From positions 1-59,576 of the forward strand of contig CANNKP010000001.1 of NCBI GenBank assembly GCA_947505255.1: a stretch of DNA of 59,576 nt, in the 5' to 3' direction. The first letter of the stretch is position 1. Each line of letters starts with the position of its first letter. Below are positions 36,131-44,789 of the stretch, piece by piece. The translations under genes were made by a program, and so were the position numbers. The notes under the pieces were generated by a model, which was not told where the DNA came from, made no database searches, and saw nothing but the letters and a program-made list of their open reading frames with translations. The DNA comes from Flavobacteriales bacterium (GTDB lineage Bacteria; Bacteroidota; Bacteroidia; Flavobacteriales_D; Crocinitomicaceae).

Positions 36131-37151
36131 TTGGAACATCCGCTTTTGGGAATACGATTTCCTTTCTCCATATTGGTTGTGGTTGCTGTTGGTTGTGCCA
36201 GTAATTCTGTTGTTGATGTTTCGCAATGAAAGACGAAAAGAAGGAGAATGGAAATATTCAGGAAGCACTGCAAGTCAAAAAAGTTTTTCAACGCGTTGGA
36301 TTGTTTCCTTCAGAAGGATCTTGATTGTTTTAAACGGAATTATATTGTGCTGCCTCATTTTCGCGATGGCTAAACCATTTCATTGGTCAGATTTTGATGA
36401 TGTGGATGAAAATTACAAAAACGGAATCGATATCATTTTAGCAATGGACGTTTCTTCCTCCATGTTGGCTATGGATTTTGAACCAAACAGGTTAGAAGCT
36501 GCCAAGCGCGTAGCAAAAGAATTCGTTGATGGACGAAAAGGAGATCGAATTGGTTTAGTTGTTTACGCTGGAGAAGCATATACAGCTTGCCCTGCAACAT
36601 TGGATTACACCATTTTAAAGAAACAAATTGATCAAATTACTGGAGAAAATATAGAAGGTGGAACAGCGATTGGAACAGGATTAGGAACCGCAGTTACCCG
36701 ATTACGCAGTGACAGTTTACAATCCAAAGTCATTATTTTATTGACAGATGGTAGCAACAATGCAGGTGACATTGATCCTTTGACAGCTGCTGAATTGGCT
36801 CGGGCAAAAAACATCCGTGTTTACACGATTGGTGTTGGAAGCAACGGAAAAGCTCCTACTCCAGTTATCACTCCGTTTGGAATCCGGTATGAAAATTTAG
36901 AAGTAGAAATTGATGAAATGACTTTGATGAAAATTGCTGAGATTGCAAATGGGCAATATTTCAGGGCAACAGACGAGGAAAGTTTAAAGTCCATTTACAA
37001 GGAAATTGAAAAATTAGAAAAACGTAAGATGCTGGATCAACAGTATAAAACGGAGCCACCAGCATCTCCAATGGGATTTTTAAATTGGGCATTTGTATTG
37101 GCAATCTTGACGTGGCTTACTAACCGTTATTTTTTCAAAATGTATGAGTAA
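36120..37151 (+). CDS. batA: VWA-domain membrane protein BatA
   Basis: N-terminal TM, VWA MIDAS DVSSSM, LLTDGSNN and a C-terminal TM. ATG 36120 is preferred over TTG 36114. Confidence 0.85.
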   Translation: MLNNWNIRFWEYDFLSPYWLWLLLVVPVILLLMFRNERRKEGEWKYSGSTASQKSFSTRWIVSFRRILIVLNGIILCCLIFAMAKPFHWSDFDDVDENYKNGIDIILAMDVSSSMLAMDFEPNRLEAAKRVAKEFVDGRKGDRIGLVVYAGEAYTACPATLDYTILKKQIDQITGENIEGGTAIGTGLGTAVTRLRSDSLQSKVIILLTDGSNNAGDIDPLTAAELARAKNIRVYTIGVGSNGKAPTPVITPFGIRYENLEVEIDEMTLMKIAEIANGQYFRATDEESLKSIYKEIEKLEKRKMLDQQYKTEPPASPMGFLNWAFVLAILTWLTNRYFFKMYE

Positions 37152-38331
37152 GCAACAATTTACATATCGATTGAAGCTTATCATCAGTGGAATACTGGTG
37201 TGGGAAGTGTTATTTTGGCTTTTGACGGGTGCACTTTTAGCACTTATAGGATACATCGATCAATCGCCTTCTGGAGAGCAAGTTGGATTCAAAGATCCAC
37301 AGAATTTTTGGTTGTTGCTGTTAATGCTTCCAATTTTAGGAATGTATTTTTTCACGATTTATTCTACTAATTCATTGGCGCAATCAGCGCATCCATCGGT
37401 GCAAAAATTCATCTTGCAACCTGTTTCATCGTTGAACAGTTTTCTCAAATATTTTCTTTTTCGAAATGCAATCGTTTGTTTGATTTTCGCCATGGCACAG
37501 CCTGTTTTAGGAACGAAGAAAGTTTCAGGAACCCTTGAAAGTCTCGAATTAGTCATTTGTTTAGATGTTTCCAATTCCATGAATACAAAGGATATTTCGA
37601 AGGATTTAACCCGTTTACAAATTGCGAAACGCGCCCTGAATGAATTGATCAATAAATTACACGGAGAGAAAATTGGTATCGCTGTTTTTGCCGGAGGCGC
37701 TTTTGTACAATTGCCCCTCACAGCAGATTACAGTGCAGCGAAAATGTTCATCAACGAAATTGAAACAGACATGGTTTCCAATCAAGGAACCAACATTGCC
37801 GCAGCGTTATCCGTTTCCGCTGGAATGTTCTCACCTGAAAAAACAACCAAAGGAATCATCCTTGTGACGGACGGAGAAAATCATGAGGAAAATCCAAACG
37901 AAATTTTCACTGAAATAAGAAATAAAAGCATCCAATTGAGTGTTTTAGGCTTGGGAACAGAAATGGGCGGGCCTGTGCCTGTCAATCCGGAAAGACCAGA
38001 ATTGGGATACAAAACTACTGCTGCTGGGAAAACAGTTATTTCAAGGATTAATCCTTCTTTTATTCAGTCAATTGCGTCCAAATCTGGGGGGTCATATACC
38101 ATCAGTTCGGACCCATTTCCAAATTTATCGGATTTGTTAACACAAATTAACCAAATGAAGCGGTCAAAGGTCCAAGATTTGGAGTTTGATATACAAGAGA
38201 ATCGCTATCAAATTCCGTTATTTGTATCCATCTTATTTTGGTGTTTGTTTTTGGTTTCATCGAAAGGATTTTTTAGAAGAAGAGTGAGGAGTGATAAACG
38301 GACGCCGAGTGATAGTCGAGGTGGAGTTTAG
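37144..38331 (+). CDS. batB: VWA-domain membrane protein BatB
   Basis: Multi-TM N-terminus, MIDAS DVSNSM and LVTDGENH. 8-nt overlap with batA. Confidence 0.82.
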   Translation: MSKQQFTYRLKLIISGILVWEVLFWLLTGALLALIGYIDQSPSGEQVGFKDPQNFWLLLLMLPILGMYFFTIYSTNSLAQSAHPSVQKFILQPVSSLNSFLKYFLFRNAIVCLIFAMAQPVLGTKKVSGTLESLELVICLDVSNSMNTKDISKDLTRLQIAKRALNELINKLHGEKIGIAVFAGGAFVQLPLTADYSAAKMFINEIETDMVSNQGTNIAAALSVSAGMFSPEKTTKGIILVTDGENHEENPNEIFTEIRNKSIQLSVLGLGTEMGGPVPVNPERPELGYKTTAAGKTVISRINPSFIQSIASKSGGSYTISSDPFPNLSDLLTQINQMKRSKVQDLEFDIQENRYQIPLFVSILFWCLFLVSSKGFFRRRVRSDKRTPSDSRGGV

Positions 38332-38409
38332 AACTGATAGTTTATTTCTATGTTTTCTATGTTCCTATGTGGTGAAAAAAGTGAGGAGTGAGGAGTTTAG
38401 AACTGATAG
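38284..38409. repeat. Duplicated segment spanning the batB stop codon and the batB-batC spacer, plus a 9-mer tandem
   Basis: GTGAGGAGTGA occurs at 38284-38294 and 38381-38391. GGAGTTTAGAACTGATAG occurs at 38323-38340 and 38392-38409. The first copy carries a 28-bp insert between the two blocks. The ttctatgtt-like 9-mers lie at about 38346-38370. Confidence 0.8.
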
Positions 38410-38428
38410 ATTATAGTTTAAATAAGAG

Positions 38429-39163
38429 ATGAAGAATATAATATACATACTGTTTGTTTTGATTGGGATGAATGTTTCAGCGCAAGAGTGGAGAGATTCA
38501 CTGAAGGTTGCGCGTGATTCATACAAGAAGCAGGATTATGTGAAAGCATTGAAATACTATCAATCAGCTCAAAAGAAAGCACCAAATGACGTTGATCTTT
38601 CGGACGAAATGGGTCAATCGGCTTACAAAGCGCGTGAATTTGAAAAGGCTGAAAAGATTTACGAGCAAAATGCCAGTTCTAAAAAATCGAAAACAGCAAA
38701 AGCGAAAAGTTACCACAACATGGGAAATTCACGCATGCAAGAGAAAAACTATCAAGGTGCTGTTGAATCATACAAAGAAGCGTTAAGAAACAATCCATCT
38801 GATGAGGAAACGCGTTACAATTTATCTGAAGCAATTCGCAGGTTAAAAGACGAACAAAAGAAAAATCCGAAGGACAACAAAGACAACAAGGATAAAAATC
38901 AACCGCAAAACAAACCTCAAAATCCGAAGGACAAGCAAAATCCGAAGGACAATAAAAACCAAAAGAATCAACAAAATTCTCCTAACCAACAAAACAATGG
39001 TAAGGATGGCAAAGAACAGGATGGTAAAAACCCATCTCGTTTGCCGAATAAATCTGTAGAACGCATGTTAGATCAATTAATGAAATCTGAAGCGGAAACC
39101 AAACGTAAAATGGGAGGCAGCAGACAAGAAGGAAATTCAATAAAATCAGGAAAAGATTGGTAA
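38429..39163 (+). CDS. batC: TPR-repeat protein BatC with a low-complexity K/N/Q/P-rich region
   Basis: Signal peptide, TPR-like YVKALKYYQSA and YQGAVESYKEALRNNP, then KKNPKDNKDNKDKNQPQNKPQNPKDKQNPKDNKNQKNQQ. Confidence 0.65.
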   Translation: MKNIIYILFVLIGMNVSAQEWRDSLKVARDSYKKQDYVKALKYYQSAQKKAPNDVDLSDEMGQSAYKAREFEKAEKIYEQNASSKKSKTAKAKSYHNMGNSRMQEKNYQGAVESYKEALRNNPSDEETRYNLSEAIRRLKDEQKKNPKDNKDNKDKNQPQNKPQNPKDKQNPKDNKNQKNQQNSPNQQNNGKDGKEQDGKNPSRLPNKSVERMLDQLMKSEAETKRKMGGSRQEGNSIKSGKDW

Positions 39164-40884
39164 TGAGAATTGCACTTTTACATATCATCGCTTTGTTTGC
39201 TGCGTTTCATACGGTTGCACAAAAACCAATGGTTTGGTTGGAAGTGGAGCCGAAAGAAGCAGAAGTTGGAGAAGTATTGACCATCATTATTAAGTCAAAT
39301 GTGCAGGGTGAAATCGACATTGATTTTCCAAGTGGCTTTGTACATGGTTATAATATTTCCAATGGAATGAATCAAGAAATTGATTACAATACAGGAAAAG
39401 TTATTACCTATTATCACCTTTCACAAACGGGTGCTATGCCGAAGGCTGGAACGTTTAAATTCGGTCCGGCTTATGTGAAGAAAGGAAACAAAGTATACAA
39501 ATCAAATTCTGTTTCAGTAACCATTAAAAAAGAAAACACGAAAGTTACAACAGGCAATGATTTATCAGCAAAGCAACTCAAGCAACCCGCATTTGCCTTG
39601 ATTGAAAAATCAAAATCAACTATTTATGAAGGTGAGTGCGTGATTTTAAATGCGAAAGTGTATGCTCAATTCAACCCATCACATTTAGAAGATTACCAGG
39701 AATATACGATTAATGGCGCTTTAGACAAACATGATATTGGGTCTTCAACCCGCATTATGGTAGAAGAAGAAAACATTCGCAATGCCATTTATTATACCTT
39801 CGAATACGATAAAAAAGTTGTATTCCCATCTGGAACAGGTAAAATCACTGTTGATCCGTTTAAATTGCTGTTGCGACGTGGCTATGAGAGTATGCCTTTA
39901 ACATCTAGCGGTGCGACAATTGAAATTAAACCATTGCCAGGAAATGTACCAAAGGATTTTATTGGTGGTGTGGGACAATTTAACGTTTCAAGAACAGTTC
40001 AAGCAGGCACGTTTAAACAAGGTGATGTGTTTACTCTTTTGGTTGAAGTTACGGGCGTTGGAAACTTGCAAAACATCTTAGAACCAACCTTATCTTTACC
40101 GAAAGGATTTGTGGTTTACGGCGACCCGATTATCAAAGAAGATTTTGTTTTTGGAAGTAAGGGAGCAGAAGGAAAAATTAGCTATGAATACAATATTCAA
40201 GTCACCAAATTTGGACAGCAAACACTGCCTGAAACACGCATCTCGTATTTCGATCCGAATAAAGAAAAGTATTGCTCCATAAGCACTAAAAGTGATCTTT
40301 TGGTAATCGAGAAAAATAGTAAATTCAAACAAGGAACAGCGGATTTGGCATCTTTACCTCAAAATCAACTTCAAGAGGAAGTATTTCCATTGCGTCGCGA
40401 TAGTGGTAATTTATCCAATCAAACATTAAATTTCAATCAGAAAAGCTTTTGGATTGGCGTTTCCTCTCCCCTAGTCCTAGCGCTCATTTTTGGTTTATGG
40501 ATGCGGAAAAAGGAAGAAAACACGACAACAGGTTCTCAAAAAGTTGCCAAACAAAATGCTCAAATTGCTGTTCAAAATTTATTTTCTGAAGCGGAGAAAG
40601 CACTTTCTCAAAGGGATTACACCAACTACTACAGTTTGATTGAAAAAGGCGTTCAACGGTCCTTATCGTTGTTTTTAAACAGTGATGAAACAGTGAATTT
40701 AAGTAGTTCCGAAATTTTTAGACACTTAAAGGAACGCGACACCGATCCAAACAAAATATCTGCTTTAAGTAATTTATTGTCAACCTGTGAACAAGCACGT
40801 TATGGACTTGGCATCAACGAGGAAGACCGGGATTCACTAATCGTTTCAGCGAAGCAAATTACGCATTCAATCATCCATTCATGA
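39163..40884 (+). CDS. batD: BatD-family (oxygen tolerance) protein
   Basis: Signal peptide, beta-rich ectodomain, single TM near aa 430 and a helical C-terminal tail. Position fits. The ATG at 39163 overlaps the batC stop (TAATG). Confidence 0.65.
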   Translation: MRIALLHIIALFAAFHTVAQKPMVWLEVEPKEAEVGEVLTIIIKSNVQGEIDIDFPSGFVHGYNISNGMNQEIDYNTGKVITYYHLSQTGAMPKAGTFKFGPAYVKKGNKVYKSNSVSVTIKKENTKVTTGNDLSAKQLKQPAFALIEKSKSTIYEGECVILNAKVYAQFNPSHLEDYQEYTINGALDKHDIGSSTRIMVEEENIRNAIYYTFEYDKKVVFPSGTGKITVDPFKLLLRRGYESMPLTSSGATIEIKPLPGNVPKDFIGGVGQFNVSRTVQAGTFKQGDVFTLLVEVTGVGNLQNILEPTLSLPKGFVVYGDPIIKEDFVFGSKGAEGKISYEYNIQVTKFGQQTLPETRISYFDPNKEKYCSISTKSDLLVIEKNSKFKQGTADLASLPQNQLQEEVFPLRRDSGNLSNQTLNFNQKSFWIGVSSPLVLALIFGLWMRKKEENTTTGSQKVAKQNAQIAVQNLFSEAEKALSQRDYTNYYSLIEKGVQRSLSLFLNSDETVNLSSSEIFRHLKERDTDPNKISALSNLLSTCEQARYGLGINEEDRDSLIVSAKQITHSIIHS

Positions 40885-41624
40885 GGGATTTAAAACGCAT
40901 AACACTTGTTTTTTTTAGTTCACTCTGTGCACTTCACTCCTATTCTTCCGATTTATTTGATCAAGGATTAAAAGCTGCGAACGATAAAAAAATCAACCAA
41001 GCAATTAATTTGTTTAACCAAGTAATTCAGCAAGAACAAAACAATGTTGCTGCTTATTACAACCTTGGGAATTGTTATTATCAAAACAAATCTTACGGTG
41101 AGGCCATTTGGGCATACGAGCGCGTTTTAAAACTTTCGCCGAGAGATAGTGAAGCACCAGCGAACATTGAATTGTGCTTCAAAAAATTAAATAATGCAAG
41201 TATGTGGGCTCCTCACACAAATGGCTTACAACGCTTAATTTATAGTGTTGGACCAACAACTTGGGCAATTCTTTCCATAGTCATCAGCATCTTTATGGGA
41301 ATTTCTATTTTTCTTTTATTTAAAATGAAAAACAATTCTTGGAAGCGATTTCATTTCATGCTGCTCTTTGGAGAAACTGTTTTTTTACTTGCTTTCTTGG
41401 TTGCAACAAATACATCAAGTACCTATTTAACAGCAGAACGTTTTGCAATTGTAACACAGAAGTCGATTCCAACTTACATGAATGACTTAGGGGAAAAAGC
41501 GGATTTAGAGCTTAAGGAAGGAACAAAAGTTGAATTACTTACGTTGACCAAAACCAAAAGAGAAGTAATGTTGCAAGACGGACAGAAGGTTTTAATTGAG
41601 GAAAAGGATGTTCGGGGGATTTGA
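40881..41624 (+). CDS. batE: TPR plus C-terminal SH3-like domain membrane protein BatE
   Basis: TPR (AAYYNLGNCYYQNKSYGEAIWAYERVLKLSP), 2 TM segments and a C-terminal beta segment. ATGA overlap with batD. Confidence 0.6.
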   Translation: MRDLKRITLVFFSSLCALHSYSSDLFDQGLKAANDKKINQAINLFNQVIQQEQNNVAAYYNLGNCYYQNKSYGEAIWAYERVLKLSPRDSEAPANIELCFKKLNNASMWAPHTNGLQRLIYSVGPTTWAILSIVISIFMGISIFLLFKMKNNSWKRFHFMLLFGETVFLLAFLVATNTSSTYLTAERFAIVTQKSIPTYMNDLGEKADLELKEGTKVELLTLTKTKREVMLQDGQKVLIEEKDVRGI

Positions 41625-41672
41625 GGGATAGTTGATGGTTTAAGATAGTGTTCCTTGTTCTGTAAATTCAGT

Positions 41673-41750
41673 AACGATAAAACGATTATTGAGCGCAAAT
41701 AATATTAACTTTAAAAATCGGCTTCTTCGCTAGGCGAGAAACCGTTAGCG
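41673..41750 (+). repeat. Copy A of an imperfect direct repeat of about 75-78 bp (31-bp near-perfect core at 41698-41728)
   Basis: Core is AATAATATTAACTTTAAAAATCGGCTTCTTC. The flanks aacgataaa...cgat and gaaac.gttagcg are also shared with copy B. Confidence 0.85.
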
Positions 41751-41786
41751 GTAATAACCACAATAAACAAAACCCGGAAGTTAAAT

Positions 41787-42173
41787 TTGAAAACAACATC
41801 CAAAATATTATACTTTTTAGCAATTTGTTTGGCATTAATATTCATTGCGAAAATTATTTATTGGCTAAAAACAGATGAACCAATAAGCAGAGGCTCGATG
41901 CTAATTTTGGCTTTATATATTTTATTTCTAACCATCCGAAATAAATACACATTCTTCATGTTAGGAGGTTTAGCAATATTCTGTTTAGTATACAAATACA
42001 CACATCTCCGTTGGAGTGGTTATTTAATTGTTGATTTTATGGGATCATTTCGAAAACCAATGAGTTCAATAAATAAAGTGTTTTTAAATATTCCTTTCGT
42101 AGTCTATTTACTGACTCTTTTTCTACTGATATTACCAACTACACGAAAATTGTATTTCAATCCAAAAAGGTGA
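41787..42173 (+). CDS. Hypothetical small membrane protein (about 4 TM)
   Basis: 128-aa ORF with a TTG start (first ATG at 41898). Hydrophobic, with no recognisable motif, and flanked by the direct repeats. Confidence 0.45.
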   Translation: MKTTSKILYFLAICLALIFIAKIIYWLKTDEPISRGSMLILALYILFLTIRNKYTFFMLGGLAIFCLVYKYTHLRWSGYLIVDFMGSFRKPMSSINKVFLNIPFVVYLLTLFLLILPTTRKLYFNPKR

Positions 42174-42274
42174 CTATGAATTGTGACATTATGTAGAATA
42201 TTATAAAATGCCAAAACATATTGCTTAGATGAATACCTCTAACACACGTCTGGCAAAAGAGCCGAAATTTTGGG

Positions 42275-42349
42275 AACGATAAACGATCTTAGATTGCGAA
42301 TAATACTAACTTTAAAAATCGGCTTCTTCTAACAGCGAAACAGTTAGCG
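42275..42349 (+). repeat. Copy B of the direct repeat (core at 42299-42329)
   Basis: Core is AATAATACTAACTTTAAAAATCGGCTTCTTC (30/31 identical to copy A). About 75 percent identity over the full length by hand alignment. Confidence 0.85.
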
Positions 42350-42378
42350 TTAAACACAACGAAACCGTACCTAAAAAA

Positions 42379-42705
42379 TCAGACGGAAAATTCTTGTCCC
42401 CAATTATGTAATGATTTAATACTTGGTAATAATTGCTCACCTTTATAAGTCAAAGTATATTCCACAGTTGGCGGAACAGTTGCAAAAACTTCTCTTATTA
42501 ATATTCCATTGGCTTCCATATTTTTCAATTCCTTGACCAGCATTCTGGTATTAATACCTTCAATACTTCTTTCCAATTCTTTAAAACGCATTTTTCCTTT
42601 AGACAATATATATATTATCGGCATTGCCCATTTTCCTCCAATAATATCCAACACTTCTTTTAATGAACATGTTTTTTCAGAAATAATTAATTTTTCTTTC
42701 ACCAT
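42379..42705 (-). CDS. HxlR-family winged-helix transcriptional regulator
   Basis: 108 aa with the C-x-L-x-x-IGGKW...RFKELERSIEGINTRMLVKELKNMEANGILIR...VEYTLT pattern. Confidence 0.88.
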   Translation of the reverse strand: MVKEKLIISEKTCSLKEVLDIIGGKWAMPIIYILSKGKMRFKELERSIEGINTRMLVKELKNMEANGILIREVFATVPPTVEYTLTYKGEQLLPSIKSLHNWGQEFSV

Positions 42706-42740
42706 AATCTATTGATTTCACTGATTGCTTTACACTAGAT

Positions 42741-42784
42741 CACTACTTTACATTCGTGTAACTACTTGCAAAAGTAAAGTAATG
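42741..42784. promoter_or_regulatory. Inverted repeat (11-bp arms, 1 mismatch, 22-bp spacer) in the hxlR/doxX divergent promoter region
   Basis: cactactttac at 42741-42751 and gtaaagtaatg at 42774-42784. The perfect core is TACTTTAC/GTAAAGTA. Confidence 0.35.
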
Positions 42785-42814
42785 AATGTACGTTTGCAAC
42801 TAAAATTAAAAACA

Positions 42815-43186
42815 ATGTCAGAAAAAACAAAAAAAATCACCTACTGGGTACTTACAGGTTTAGTATCATTCGTATTTATTGGAAGTGCAATTGGTAAATT
42901 TACTGCCAACGCAGAAGCCTTGAAAATAGCTGAAGGATTTGGATTAAATGCTAAAACATACATCATTTTAGGAGTAGTAGAAATAATCAGTATATTTCTG
43001 TTTATTTTCCCGAAAACAGGGGTTTTAGGAACTTTACTTTTAGCTTCTTATTTGGGAGGTGCGATTGCCACTCACTTAGAACATGGGCAGTCAATTGTTG
43101 CACCATGTATAGTGCAAGGATTTCTTTGGATAGTAGCTATTTATCGTTTCCCAGAATTAAAATCAAGAATCTTATCTTTAAAATAA
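42815..43186 (+). CDS. DoxX-like family membrane protein
   Basis: From ATG 42815: MSEKTKKITYWVLTGLVSFVFIGSAIGKF..., 4 TM, in the typical HxlR-adjacent position. Confidence 0.6.
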   Translation: MSEKTKKITYWVLTGLVSFVFIGSAIGKFTANAEALKIAEGFGLNAKTYIILGVVEIISIFLFIFPKTGVLGTLLLASYLGGAIATHLEHGQSIVAPCIVQGFLWIVAIYRFPELKSRILSLK

Positions 43187-43190
43187 AAAA

Positions 43191-44270
<1,080 letters not shown>

Positions 44271-44283
44271 AAATCTAAATAGT

Positions 44284-44550
44284 ATGAATAGAATTCAAGC
44301 AATTTTAACATTAGACATGGCGAATATTCCTGATAATTTTCAAGAAATATTAAAACATGAGCAAGAAATTGTTGCGAAATGGAAAGGGGAAGGAATTTTA
44401 GAACATTTGTTTTTAAGACAAGGTCGAAATGGCGCAGTTTTAATTTTTAAAGACCTTGAGGAACAAGAAGTCAAAGAATTAATGAAGACACTACCTTTTT
44501 ATAAAATTAAAAAAAGTGTTGAATATTTTAGCTTAATACAACAATTTTAA
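44284..44550 (+). CDS. Muconolactone delta-isomerase-like small protein (tentative)
   Basis: 88 aa. The pattern E.E....W..EG...HL......NG..IF......E.....LP matches the MIase ferredoxin-like fold family by eye. Confidence 0.5.
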   Translation: MNRIQAILTLDMANIPDNFQEILKHEQEIVAKWKGEGILEHLFLRQGRNGAVLIFKDLEEQEVKELMKTLPFYKIKKSVEYFSLIQQF

Positions 44551-44619
44551 ACGCTGGGACGATTGTAAATTTTCTTTATCCGATAATGCAGCAATTTACC
44601 AGCACAAAGTTTTTAAAAG

Positions 44620-44654
44620 CCAAACTATACTAGCATTTAAATAGTATAGTTTGG
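44620..44654 (+). terminator. Hairpin downstream of the MIase-like gene (possible terminator)
   Basis: ccaaactatact (44620-44631) pairs with agtatagtttgg (44643-44654) as a perfect 12-bp stem with an 11-nt loop. Only a short TTT follows, so the U-tract is weak. Confidence 0.4.
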
Positions 44655-44789
44655 TTTGTAAAAAAATAAAATAAGCGCATAGACTGCTATTGGATAAATA
44701 AAATTTCAAAAAAATACCGCAAGAAAATTAAAGTTTTATCATCTTAATTTGATATTGAGCAATTAAGCTCAGCATATTTTAATTTTATT

